Source of the DNA: an uncultured delta proteobacterium
GTDB lineage: Bacteria; Myxococcota_A; Polyangia; Polyangiales; Polyangiaceae
Length of the DNA stretch: 64,000 nt
NCBI GenBank assembly: GCA_963782055.1
Contig: CAWAIF010000003.1
Span: 4,160,001 to 4,224,000, forward strand
Direction: 5' to 3'
Shown: positions 42,618 to 51,930 of the stretch, piece after piece
How the letters are laid out: each line of letters begins with the position of its first letter
Numbering within the stretch: the first letter of the stretch is position 1
Notes under the pieces: model-generated
The model's database searches: none
What the model was told of the DNA's origin: nothing
The model's input: the letters and a program-made list of their open reading frames with translations, nothing else
Translations under genes and position numbers: made by a program

Positions 42618-43960
42618 AGCCCCTCCTCCGTCTGGACGACCAGCCGGGTGCTGGTCACGCCGAATGCCTCGTCGAACCGGGTCGTGCCGAAGCCGACGAG
42701 TACGGTGATGGGCGGCAGCCCCGTCTCGCGGGTGCGCACGCCGAGGGAGAAGGAGCCCGCGAGCTTCTCGACGTCGAAGCCCTCGAACTCGCGGCCGAAC
42801 GTGTTACCCACCCCCAGCACGAAGTTGGCGTCGAAGTAGTAGGCGATCGGGTAGCGATAGCCCAGCTCGAAGAGCACCGCGCTGTCGCCGCGGAAGCGTC
42901 CCCAGGTGAAGCCGAGCAGGTTGTCCGCCCCGAGGAGGGGCAGCTCGGTGAAGGGCACCGGCTCGTCCCCGAGCGGCACCGCGTCGGTCGCGTAGCCGCG
43001 CGCGGTCAGCACGCGGAAGGGGCGCGAGACCTGGACCGAGGCCCGCAGGTCGGCCGCCACCCGCACGAAGGAGCGCTCCGGGACGCCGACGTCGTGTCCG
43101 TAGCTGGCGCCGGTGAGGAGGCTGAGCCGCGGCACGTCGTCGAGCCCGCGCCGCGAGTCCAGTCGCACTTCGAGCGAGCTGGTCAGGAGGCGGATCTCCC
43201 CGTAACCCGGGATCTTCGACGTGTCGAAGCGCGTCTCGATCGACGAGTCCCCGCCTGTCGCGCCGGTGCGGGTCATGCGGAAGCCCTCGGTGGCCTCCAC
43301 GCGCAGGTGGGGGGTCCGGACGCCCGCCATGACGTGGGCGTCGACCTGCGTCTCCCGGAAATGCGTCTCCGCGGAGTCGAGGGAGTCCGGGCCGAAGCCG
43401 AAGAACGCACGGTCGCCGCGGCTGTATCCCTCGACGCGCGTGCCGAAGTACGCCGCGCCGGTCGTCCAGGTGTCCCGGATGCGGAGGTCCCACCAGTCGG
43501 GCTCGCCGATCAGGTTGAGCACGTCGAGGACGTGGCCCCGCGCCCCCAGGTCGGTGAAACGGGCCTGCGCGCCAGCCGCGAAGTAGCGGCTCAGGTCGAG
43601 GGACAAGGCGGGGAACCAGTGGATCTGCGGCGTGGGGTTGAGGGCGCGGTCGAGGATGGGCACCACGTGCGCGCGGTCCACCCAGCCGGAGAGGGCGTAG
43701 ATGGGGCGGCGGAGGACGAACTCGGTGACGAGGAAGGCCGGGAAGAAGACGACCCGGGGGACCCAGGCGAGCCCGTCCACGGCCGTCGCATGGTTCTCGC
43801 GACCGCGGTAGGCGGCGGCGTCGTCGTCCGCCTTCGCGGCGTTGACGGTGGCGGCCGGCGCCGCGGCTCTCGGGGGAGGCTCCGCCCCGCCGGGCCACGC
43901 CGTGCTGGCCACGCTCGCCGCGAAGCCGCACGCGAGAATCTGCGCCAGTGGTCTCGACAT
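42614..43960 (-). CDS. BamA/TamA (Omp85)-like outer-membrane barrel without recognisable POTRA domains
   Basis: Signal peptide; LDSR, VPFTELPLLGADNLLGFTWGRFRG (variant of the VRGY/RF lid), ELGYRYPI, GNTFG. Confidence 0.75.
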   Translation of the reverse strand: MSRPLAQILACGFAASVASTAWPGGAEPPPRAAAPAATVNAAKADDDAAAYRGRENHATAVDGLAWVPRVVFFPAFLVTEFVLRRPIYALSGWVDRAHVVPILDRALNPTPQIHWFPALSLDLSRYFAAGAQARFTDLGARGHVLDVLNLIGEPDWWDLRIRDTWTTGAAYFGTRVEGYSRGDRAFFGFGPDSLDSAETHFRETQVDAHVMAGVRTPHLRVEATEGFRMTRTGATGGDSSIETRFDTSKIPGYGEIRLLTSSLEVRLDSRRGLDDVPRLSLLTGASYGHDVGVPERSFVRVAADLRASVQVSRPFRVLTARGYATDAVPLGDEPVPFTELPLLGADNLLGFTWGRFRGDSAVLFELGYRYPIAYYFDANFVLGVGNTFGREFEGFDVEKLAGSFSLGVRTRETGLPPITVLVGFGTTRFDEAFGVTSTRLVVQTEEGL

Positions 43961-43985
43961 GTATCCGGGCCGGCAACCGCATGTT

Positions 43986-44124
43986 CTGTTCCAACGCGGT
44001 TCGTCGTGAAACAGTCCCGCCGCCGGCACGCGACGCGCAGGCCCTGCGGCCCCCCGCACGCGGCGCGCCACCGGGCTCGTACCCATGCAGCGATCGCGCG
44101 CGACCGTGCGGACCGCCCCTTGCA
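43986..44124. promoter_or_regulatory. Divergent control region: dyad activator site plus sigma54-like promoter
   Basis: TGTTCCA-N13-TGAAACA (43987-44013); CGGACCGCCCCTTGCA GG-N10-GC at 44109-44124 just before ATG 44141. Confidence 0.5.
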
Positions 44125-44140
44125 GCCTCACCTTACACCC

Positions 44141-45412
44141 ATGGACCCTCGGACCATCCTGCTGCGCGGACTCGACCGTGATCAGCGGATCAAGGCGGGG
44201 CTTCTATCGAGCTGGTTCTTCGTGACGGTGGCCGCGCTCTGGCTCCTGAAGCCGATCCGGGTGGCCACCCTGCTCGCGCACCTGGGCGCCTCGGAGACGC
44301 CATACGTGCGCCTCGCGGGGGTGGTGGTGATCGGGAGCGTCGTCCTCCTCTACTCCTTCTTCGTCAACCGGTTCTCGCGCATCCAGGTCGTCGCCTGGGG
44401 CAACCTGATCTTCGCCGCCGTCCTGCTGCTCTTCTGGCTCGCGATGCACCTGGGCGGCCCCACGCTGCTGGCGCAGCGCCCCTTCATCTGGGCGATCTAC
44501 GTCATGGTGGAGGTCTACTCGGTGCTGATCATCGGCATCTTCTGGACCTACACCAACGACATCGTCACGCAGGAGGAGTCCAACAGGCTGTACGGCCTCG
44601 TCGGGCTGGGCGGGATCCTCGGCGGCATCGCGGGTGGCGCCTTCGTGGACGGGATGGGCGCCGGGATGGGCCCGCCGGACCTGGTGCTCATCGCGACCGG
44701 GCTGGTCGCCGTCTCGGCGTGGCTCGCGACCGTCACGGAGAAGGTGGTGCACCCGCCGAAGCGGCGCGTCGTGAAGAACCCACACCGCGGCCTCTTCGCG
44801 GCGTGGGACGGAGCCACGGAGGTCAAGAACAGCCGCTACCTGCTGCTCATCGTCGCCGTCATGGTGGCCTACGAGTTCACCGCGACGCTCGCCGACTTCG
44901 GCGTCAACGTGGTCTTCGAGCACGCCTACCACGACCAGCTCGAGCTCGCGAAGATGTACGGGCGGCTGGGCTGGATCGCGAGCGGCGCGGCCATCGTCGG
45001 GCAGCTGGTGCTGGTGCCGCTCTTCCTGCCCATCAAGCGCGTCGCCCTGCTGGTGCCGCCCCTCACCATGCTCGCGGGCGCGCTCGGCGTGGTGGTGCTG
45101 CCCGCCGTGGGCACCGCCCTGGTGCTCGCCGCCACCGACCGCGGGCTGAACTACTCGCTGCAGCAGTCCACCAAGGAGTCGCTCTACGTCCCCTTGCCCG
45201 ACGTGCAGAAGTACAAGGCGAAGGCCTTCATCGACATGTTCGTGGACCGCGCGGCGAAAGCCGCGGCCGCCATGGTGCTGCTCCTGGTCATCTGGCTGGC
45301 GGGGGAGTCGGTGCGTGTCGCGCTCGCGGTGAGCATCGCCTCGCTGCTGGTGTGGCTCGGCTCGGCCCGCCGGCTGGGCAAGTACTGGAAGGCCGGCCCG
45401 CCCGCGCAGTGA
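44141..45412 (+). CDS. NTT/TLC (ATP/ADP antiporter-like, AAA family MFS) transporter
   Basis: LLKPIR, FWTYTNDI...ESNRLYGLVGLGGILG, NYSLQQSTKESLYVP, KYKAKAFIDMFVDR; ~12 TM. Confidence 0.88.
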   Translation: MDPRTILLRGLDRDQRIKAGLLSSWFFVTVAALWLLKPIRVATLLAHLGASETPYVRLAGVVVIGSVVLLYSFFVNRFSRIQVVAWGNLIFAAVLLLFWLAMHLGGPTLLAQRPFIWAIYVMVEVYSVLIIGIFWTYTNDIVTQEESNRLYGLVGLGGILGGIAGGAFVDGMGAGMGPPDLVLIATGLVAVSAWLATVTEKVVHPPKRRVVKNPHRGLFAAWDGATEVKNSRYLLLIVAVMVAYEFTATLADFGVNVVFEHAYHDQLELAKMYGRLGWIASGAAIVGQLVLVPLFLPIKRVALLVPPLTMLAGALGVVVLPAVGTALVLAATDRGLNYSLQQSTKESLYVPLPDVQKYKAKAFIDMFVDRAAKAAAAMVLLLVIWLAGESVRVALAVSIASLLVWLGSARRLGKYWKAGPPAQ

Positions 45413-45461
45413 GGCGCCGCGCGCTTGCGCGGGGGGCGCGTTTCCCCTTTACTGAAGCATC

Positions 45462-46076
45462 ATGGAGGTTCGCACCCGGGTGCTCACCGCCCTCGTCGCG
45501 GTCCTGGCGGCGACCCTCCTCTCCGGCGCACGCTTCCCCCGGGCGCACGCCGGCGCGGAGCCGCACAAGAGCGTCGTGCTGGCGAGCGTGCCGGACGACG
45601 CCCGGCACACCGACGAGCGCCACGCGGTCGACACCTTCGAGATCGTGTCGGTGAACACCGGCGAGCGGGTGACCGTCCGCTACGTGGACGACCAGCTCGA
45701 CCCCGAGGTGGTGGCTCCCCTGCAGCACCTGATGCGGTGCCTGCGCACGACGCGCGAGAAGCCCATCGACCCGCGGCTGGTGGAGGCGCTGCGGGAGATC
45801 GCCCGGCAGGTGGGCAAACCGCTGCTGCTCGTCTCCGGTTACCGCGCGCCGGAGCGCCGCTCCGACCACAACTACCATACGCGCGGGCAGGCCGCCGACA
45901 TCCGGGTGGACGGCATGCACGCCTACAAGCTGCGCGGCATCGCTCGCAAGCTCGGGATCCGCGGGGTCGGGTGGTACCCGACGACCAACATGATCCACGT
46001 GGACGTGCGTGACGTGCCCTACTTCTGGACGGACTGGTCCGGGCCGACGCACTGGAAGCGGTGGCGGAGGAAGTGA
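45462..46076 (+). CDS. YcbK/DUF882 (peptidase M15A) exported protein
   Basis: IDPRLVEAL, VSGYR, YHTRGQAADI, GVGWYP, HVDVR. Confidence 0.88.
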   Translation: MEVRTRVLTALVAVLAATLLSGARFPRAHAGAEPHKSVVLASVPDDARHTDERHAVDTFEIVSVNTGERVTVRYVDDQLDPEVVAPLQHLMRCLRTTREKPIDPRLVEALREIARQVGKPLLLVSGYRAPERRSDHNYHTRGQAADIRVDGMHAYKLRGIARKLGIRGVGWYPTTNMIHVDVRDVPYFWTDWSGPTHWKRWRRK

Positions 46077-46092
46077 CCCGCAGGCCGCGGCC

Positions 46093-46992
46093 TCAGTACA
46101 GCTTGTAGACGATGGACACCGCGGTCGTGACGTCGGTGTTCTCCACGTCCGGGAGCGGCCTGTTCTCGTAGCGCACGGTGACGGCGGTGGAGAGCGCGAA
46201 GCTCTTGTTGATGTTGGCCGTCACCGAGCCGTCGAGGATCAGACGGAAGACTTCGGGCGAGGTGAGGTCCATCAGGTACTCGGCGCTCGCGTTCAACGCC
46301 ACCGACTTGTACGCCTTCTGCTGCACGCCGAAGAAGAGGCGGCCGTTGTGGGTGACGTCCTCCTTGGAGAGCGGATTGCCCTCGGCATCCAGCTTGGCGC
46401 TGCCGTCCGCGTTGTGGATGAAGTCGTCGCGGCGGATGTCGTACTGGAAGTCGTAGCCCAGCTCACCCCAGAGGCGCGTCTTCTCTTCCTGGATGAAGTA
46501 GTACGCCACGCCGGGGCCGAGGTTGAGGCGCAGGTCGAGTCCCTGGAAGCGATCCCGGCGCGCGCTCACCTGCCCGTAGACGCTGACCTTCGGCAGCACG
46601 TACCAGTCGTAGCGGAGCAGGCCCTGGATGTTCTCCACGGTCGTCTCGGTGCCGGCGCCCGCCTTGCCCGCGCGCGCGTAGTTGACGCCGAACGCGCCCT
46701 CGAACTGGTGCGCCCCGCGGCGGACGCGGGACTTCGCGCCGGCGGTCATCGCCGCGCTGCGCGAGTTGCCCGCGGCGAAGAGGCCGCCCGCGTTGAAGGA
46801 GATGTCCGTCGCGTCGGTCGCGTCCTTCTTCGCCTGCGAGGCGGCGAAGCCCTCCTTCGCCACGTCGGTCGAGCCTGAGGTCACCGCCCCGGTGCTGCTG
46901 GAGACCGTGCCGCTCGGTAGGTCGTCGGCGCGCGCCGTGACGGCAACGAGCAACGCGGCCGCGGCGGCCCCCACGACGAGATTTGTGCGCAT
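46093..46992 (-). CDS. DUF481 outer-membrane beta-barrel
   Basis: Signal peptide; GNSRS, RDRFQGLDLRLNLGPGVAYYF; ends SIVYKLY. Confidence 0.85.
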   Translation of the reverse strand: MRTNLVVGAAAAALLVAVTARADDLPSGTVSSSTGAVTSGSTDVAKEGFAASQAKKDATDATDISFNAGGLFAAGNSRSAAMTAGAKSRVRRGAHQFEGAFGVNYARAGKAGAGTETTVENIQGLLRYDWYVLPKVSVYGQVSARRDRFQGLDLRLNLGPGVAYYFIQEEKTRLWGELGYDFQYDIRRDDFIHNADGSAKLDAEGNPLSKEDVTHNGRLFFGVQQKAYKSVALNASAEYLMDLTSPEVFRLILDGSVTANINKSFALSTAVTVRYENRPLPDVENTDVTTAVSIVYKLY

Positions 46993-47026
46993 GGCCAAGG
47001 CCCCTTACTCGGAAGGAGCGAGGGAG

Positions 47027-47043
47027 CGCAACTGCAATGCCTG
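47027..47043 (-). promoter_or_regulatory. Putative sigma54 promoter for the DUF481 gene
   Basis: Minus strand CAGGCATTGCAGTTGCG = GGCA...TTGC with GG-N10-GC spacing. Confidence 0.55.
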
Positions 47044-47064
47044 CGCAAGCCCGCGGCGGCGGAC

Positions 47065-48024
47065 TCAGTCGGCCAGGGCCGTGCCCTCGGCCCCCAGGTC
47101 CGCGATGGCGGACTCGATGCTCGCCGGGATCCAGTCGGCGTCCGGCGCAGCAGCCGGCAGCACCACGGGCCCCCCGTCGTAGCGCACCCGCTTGCCCGGC
47201 CACACGAAGGTCCGCAGCACGTAGACGAAGAGCGACCTCTGCTCCAGCGCGGGGTGGATGCCCTCGTGCAGCTCCCGGGCGTGGGCCTCCGGGCAGAGGC
47301 TCCAGTGCAGACCGGGGTGCTCGTGGTGGATCCCGTGGAAGCCGTTGTTGAACGTGAACCAGTTGAAGACTCGCCCGACGAAGTTGCGCGAGTGGTTGAA
47401 GGGGTGGTCCTCGTCGCAGCCGTCGTGCTGCAGGTAGTTCACCGTCGTGATGCCCCACACCGCCCCGAAGTGCGGCAGGGCGACGAAGAGCAGCGCCTTC
47501 TTCCAGTCGATGAGGAAGAGCAGCGCCTTGCTCCCCCAGCAGAACACCATCTCCACCAGGAGCTGGCGGTACCACCGCGGCATCTTCTTCTTCATCATGC
47601 CGACGTAGCGGTAGTTCTCGCCGAAGATGTCGAACCCCACGCGGAAGAAGAAGAGCATGAGGTTCTGCAGGTTCCACGCGTGGCGCATCTTGGTGGTGCG
47701 CATCAGGTCGGCGGGCTTCTGCGTGTGCTTGTGGTGCGAGAGGTTGTGCCCGGGCACGTACTCCGAGACCGGGAACCCGTAGGCGCAGGTGAGCGCGACC
47801 TGGAACGCCTTGTTCGCCCAGCGCTGCTTGAAGACCGGCGTGTGCAGCGTGTTGTGCGTGATGACCGCGCAGATCCACGAGAGCGTGCAGAGCGCCGCGA
47901 CCAGGGGCACCGTCACGTACGCCGGCTGCCAGGCGGTGAGCCACACCGCCACGAGCAGCCCGTAATAGCTCGCCACGAAGCCCAGCGTGCGGAGGTCGGC
48001 GCGATGGCGAAGCATCTCGCGCAC
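47065..48024 (-). CDS. Membrane fatty-acid desaturase family protein A
   Basis: His boxes HNTLH, HNLSHHKH, HGIHH; QHDG. Confidence 0.9.
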   Translation of the reverse strand: MREMLRHRADLRTLGFVASYYGLLVAVWLTAWQPAYVTVPLVAALCTLSWICAVITHNTLHTPVFKQRWANKAFQVALTCAYGFPVSEYVPGHNLSHHKHTQKPADLMRTTKMRHAWNLQNLMLFFFRVGFDIFGENYRYVGMMKKKMPRWYRQLLVEMVFCWGSKALLFLIDWKKALLFVALPHFGAVWGITTVNYLQHDGCDEDHPFNHSRNFVGRVFNWFTFNNGFHGIHHEHPGLHWSLCPEAHARELHEGIHPALEQRSLFVYVLRTFVWPGKRVRYDGGPVVLPAAAPDADWIPASIESAIADLGAEGTALAD

Positions 48025-48867
48025 TCAGGCCGTCAGGCCGATGGAGGGGGCGTCCACCGGCGGGTCTGCCACGCCGAACTTCTGCTCGTCCCAGTGGGCG
48101 GGGTTGAACAGGTGGGGGCGCTTGTGGTGGTTGGCGTGGAAGTAGATGCCGGTGAACAGCTTGTTGCCGATGAGGTAGTAGCCGTGGTTCAGGTTCACCG
48201 GCCGGAAGTCATTCCCGCGCTCGCCGTTGTGCGTCGACCAGTTGAAGTGGCCGACGAAGATGGCGGCGGCGACGTTCGCCGGGAAGAAGAAGACGAAGAA
48301 GCCCACCGGGCCGAGCAGCAGGTACCACGCGATGGCCAGCACGATGTTCGTACCGTAGCTCACGCGCGCGCGGAACGCCTCCGACCGGCGGTTGTCCGGG
48401 GTGTCGCCCCAGGTGTCGAAGTACTGCTGCTGCAGCTGGCGCTCCACGTGGAAGATGCTCGCCAGAAACGACCGCCAGAAGGACGGGTACGTCGGGTGCG
48501 GGTCCTTCGCCGCGTCGTCGCTGAAGCGGTGGTGGCGCATGTGGACGATATCCCACGAGGCGAAGCGGACGAAGACCAGCACGCCGAGCACCTCCCCGAT
48601 GACGCGGTTGACCGCGCGCGGAAAGTTGCCGTGGGTCGCGTTGTGGATCCACAGGTGGCAGCAGATGAGGAAGTAGACGAGCGCGGGGAAGACCAGCAGC
48701 CAGGACGCGCTGAAGCCCCGGACCAGCGGCTGGAAGCCGGTGACCGACATCAGGACCGACCCGACGAGACCCACCCCAAGGTAGAACGCGTCGTAGTGAA
48801 GGTAGAACCTGCGGTTCTTCCTGAACTGTTGGATCGGGTGCGATGTAAGGGCCGATCGAAGGTGCAC
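48025..48867 (-). CDS. Membrane fatty-acid desaturase family protein B
   Basis: His boxes HNATH, HMRHH, HANHH. Confidence 0.88.
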   Translation of the reverse strand: MHLRSALTSHPIQQFRKNRRFYLHYDAFYLGVGLVGSVLMSVTGFQPLVRGFSASWLLVFPALVYFLICCHLWIHNATHGNFPRAVNRVIGEVLGVLVFVRFASWDIVHMRHHRFSDDAAKDPHPTYPSFWRSFLASIFHVERQLQQQYFDTWGDTPDNRRSEAFRARVSYGTNIVLAIAWYLLLGPVGFFVFFFPANVAAAIFVGHFNWSTHNGERGNDFRPVNLNHGYYLIGNKLFTGIYFHANHHKRPHLFNPAHWDEQKFGVADPPVDAPSIGLTA

Positions 48868-49109
48868 GTATGCGCTTTCCTGGTTCTCGACGTGTCCTCG
48901 GCCTGCGGCCTCGGTTCTTCGCGTTCTTCACCCGAGCCTCCGGCTCGGCCTCGAACTCCCGGCACCCTCCCCCTACCCCATTTCCATACCTCCCGTCGAG
49001 TAGATCGCGGCGTGAAATCCCGGTTGCGGCGTAACGCGCTTCGCACCTTCGCCGGCTGGCTTGAGGGACGGCGCGCCGCGGGGTAGAACGCGCCCGGGAG
49101 CAGCAAACG

Positions 49110-50060
49110 GTGGCGAGCCTCGCGCAAAGAGCCCTCGGGTTGAAGCACCCGTCGGACGTGCGGCAGGTGGGGACGATGGCGACGTACTACGCCCTCCTCG
49201 CCAGCATGTACTTCGTGCCGGCCTGCCGGAACGCCGGGTTCCTCGTGGCCGCCTGCGCGATGAGCTTCCTCACCGCGGTGGCGGGCCACAACAACCTGCA
49301 CCAGGGCATGTTCACCGCCCGCTGGAAGAACGTGGTCTTCCGGTACCTGCTCAGCTTCGGCGCGCTCTTCCCGGAGTCCTCGGTCATCCCGGCGCACAAC
49401 CTGGTGCACCACCACTTCGACGACGACGGCCAGCCGGACTGGGCGGCGCCGGAGCAGGTGCGCTTCCGGTGGAACCTGCTCAACATCCTGCACTTCCCCA
49501 ACGTGGCGGGGCCGGTGACCTTCGCCGGCGTGCGCCGCTGGGCGCGCCTCGCGGGCAAGGCGGACTTCCGCCGGCAGTACACCCTGGAGTCCATCTTCGC
49601 CTTCGGCCTCACCGGCCTGCTGCTCGTCCACGACTTCTGGACGGCGCTCTTCTACGTGATGGTGCCGCAGCTCTGGGGCGCGCGGTCGTTCTTGCGCATC
49701 AACATCATCCAGCACGATGGGTGCGACACGACGAGCGAGTGGAACCACTCGCGCAACTTCGTCGGGCGCATCTTCAACTGGTTCATGATGAACAACGGCT
49801 ACCACACCATTCACCACAACCGCGCCGGCATGCACTGGTCGGAGCTCGCGCGCGCGCACTCGAAGGAGGTGGCGCCGCGCATCGACCCGAGCCTGGACGA
49901 GCCGAGCATGGTGCTCTACCTGCTGCGCAGCTACGGCCTGCGCTTCTCCCGCCCCGCCCCGCGTGATCTCGCGGCCGCCGAGCGCGCGGCGGCGCCGGTG
50001 GAGCTCGCCTCGCGGGAGGCCCGCCGTGCCGAGGCCGAAGCCGCGAGCGCCGCGGAGTGA
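49110..50060 (+). CDS. Membrane fatty-acid desaturase family protein C
   Basis: His boxes HNNLH, HNLVHHH, HTIHH; QHDGCD. Confidence 0.9.
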   Translation: MASLAQRALGLKHPSDVRQVGTMATYYALLASMYFVPACRNAGFLVAACAMSFLTAVAGHNNLHQGMFTARWKNVVFRYLLSFGALFPESSVIPAHNLVHHHFDDDGQPDWAAPEQVRFRWNLLNILHFPNVAGPVTFAGVRRWARLAGKADFRRQYTLESIFAFGLTGLLLVHDFWTALFYVMVPQLWGARSFLRINIIQHDGCDTTSEWNHSRNFVGRIFNWFMMNNGYHTIHHNRAGMHWSELARAHSKEVAPRIDPSLDEPSMVLYLLRSYGLRFSRPAPRDLAAAERAAAPVELASREARRAEAEAASAAE

Positions 50061-50063
50061 TCG

Positions 50064-50945
50064 ATGCTGCCGCGGGAGGTCATGGGCGTCTTCTGCCTGG
50101 GTGTTCTGTGGCTCACCGCCTTGCTGGTGGCAGCCGCCGCCTGGCAGGAGGCGCGCGATCTGCTCGCCCGCGCGCGCCGGCTGCGGCCGCTCGCGCCGGG
50201 CGCCGAGGGTGAGGGCTTCGTCGCCGGCGTGGTGGCGAGCGGCGACGCGGAGGGCGCGCTGGCGGTCTCGGTGGTGCGGCAGGTGGGGCGTGCGGTCGAC
50301 GCGTCCGGGCCCACCATCGCGTTCCACGACCGCGGGTATGCCTCGGAGGTGTGCGGCGGCACCGTGCGCGCGGGGGACACGACGCTCCGCGTGCGCCCGG
50401 CGGAGGGCGCGCGGGCGGAGGTGTGGCTGACGCCGGAGGAGCGGGCGGCCGCCGCCGGGTGCCCGGGCGACGCGGCGTTCGAGGCCGCCTACCCGGCCGC
50501 GCGCAAGGCTCGGGGCTTCGCCCGGGAGGTACGGGCGGAGGTGCGTGTGTCCCGCCAGGTGTGGGTCCACGGCGCGGTGCAACGCGACGGCGCCGAGCGC
50601 GTCGTCCAGCCGCCCGCCGGCGCGCCGCTCCTCGTGGCGACGATGGACCCGCGGCGACTGTGCACGCGCGGCGCGTGGCTGGCGCTGGCGTTCGCCCTTG
50701 CGGAGCTCGCGGCGTGCGCGGCGGTCACCCGCGTGTGCCTCTGGCGGCCGGTGTTCGGGACGGTGAGCACCGTCGGCGGCGTGCTCGCCCTCGCCTTCTT
50801 CCTCGGCGTGACGCCGCTGGGCGTCTCGGTGCGCGACCGGCTGCGCCCGCCGAGTCGCGCGGTGCTTCGCGGGGAGTGGTCGCGGCCGCAGGCGGACGCG
50901 GCGACGCAGAAGTCGGGCACGGCGGAGCGGGCGTCGTCGGCATGA
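50064..50945 (+). CDS. Membrane hypothetical protein
   Basis: One N-terminal TM and two C-terminal TMs; 3 bp after desaturase C. Confidence 0.7.
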   Translation: MLPREVMGVFCLGVLWLTALLVAAAAWQEARDLLARARRLRPLAPGAEGEGFVAGVVASGDAEGALAVSVVRQVGRAVDASGPTIAFHDRGYASEVCGGTVRAGDTTLRVRPAEGARAEVWLTPEERAAAAGCPGDAAFEAAYPAARKARGFAREVRAEVRVSRQVWVHGAVQRDGAERVVQPPAGAPLLVATMDPRRLCTRGAWLALAFALAELAACAAVTRVCLWRPVFGTVSTVGGVLALAFFLGVTPLGVSVRDRLRPPSRAVLRGEWSRPQADAATQKSGTAERASSA

Positions 50946-51574
50946 GCGGTGCCGTCGGGCCGGCGTACCGGGTGGTCACGCCGCGGCTGGTGGTGCGCTG
51001 CCTGGCGCCGGCCGACACGGACCTCGTGGCGGCGGCGATGGACGAGGGCGTCGATCACCTCCGCCCTTTCATGCCCTGGTCCCACCGCGAGCCCATCCCG
51101 CGCGAGGAGCGGGTGGCGTGGCTGCGCCACTGCCGCGGCATGTTCGATCTCGGGCAGGATTTCCTCTACGGCATCTTCTCCGCCGACGAGTCGCGCGTGC
51201 TCGGCGGCACCGGCCTCCACACCCGGCGGGGCCCGTACGCGCGGGAGATCGGCTACTGGATCGCCGCCGGCGCGCTGCGGCGTGGCTACGCGACCGAGAC
51301 GGCGGCCGCCCTCACGCAGGTGGCGATCCTGGTGGACGGCGTGCACCGCGTGGAAATCCGGTGCGAGCCGGCGAACGTGCCGAGCGCACGCATCCCGGAG
51401 AAGCTGGGGTTCCGCCTGGAAGGGACCGCGCGTGAGGATACCCCGCAGCCCGACGGCCGGACGTGGCGCGACACGCGCGTGTACGCCCTTCTGGCGGGGG
51501 AGCTCGTCGCCGAGTCGCCGGTGATGGCGGTGAGGGCGCAGGCCTTCGACGTGATGGGCAAGCGCCTGATGTGA
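50942..51574 (+). CDS. RimJ/RimL-type GNAT acetyltransferase
   Basis: TPRLVVR, EIGYW, RRGYATE, N.PSARIPEKLGF; ATGA overlap. Confidence 0.9.
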   Translation: MSGAVGPAYRVVTPRLVVRCLAPADTDLVAAAMDEGVDHLRPFMPWSHREPIPREERVAWLRHCRGMFDLGQDFLYGIFSADESRVLGGTGLHTRRGPYAREIGYWIAAGALRRGYATETAAALTQVAILVDGVHRVEIRCEPANVPSARIPEKLGFRLEGTAREDTPQPDGRTWRDTRVYALLAGELVAESPVMAVRAQAFDVMGKRLM

Positions 51575-51593
51575 CGCGGCGCCTCCTCGCGCG

Positions 51594-51884
51594 TCAGTCG
51601 TCGAGCGTCTCGTCCTGCTCGCCGCGCGCGCGCCCGGCGGCCTGACCGGCCTCCGCGTGGACCGCCGGCGGCGTGGGCGTGGCGACCGGGGCCGCCGTCG
51701 CCTTGGGCTTCGGCGTGGTCGCCGGTCGCGGGATCGCGTAGATGCCCGCGACCATCAGGCCGATGAAGGCGAGCGGGAGCATCATCACGAGCACGGCCGC
51801 CCCCACGTCGAGCTTCTTCTTCTTCTTCTGCTGCTTCTTCTCGGGCGGTCCGCCGTTCGATGTTTCCATGGCGTCGGGCGGCAT
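51594..51884 (-). CDS. Small single-TM hypothetical protein
   Basis: Poly-Lys then TM then Pro/Thr tail; start uncertain. Confidence 0.55.
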   Translation of the reverse strand: MPPDAMETSNGGPPEKKQQKKKKKLDVGAAVLVMMLPLAFIGLMVAGIYAIPRPATTPKPKATAAPVATPTPPAVHAEAGQAAGRARGEQDETLDD

Positions 51885-51930
51885 GGTCACGCCGCGGTGG
51901 CGCGCGGCGCAAACGCTTTCTCGTCCGCGG

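Noticed and set aside
44023..44039. Second GG-N10-GC motif (CCGGCACGCGACGCGCA)
   Set aside because: Lacks the TT before GC; such matches arise easily by chance at this GC content
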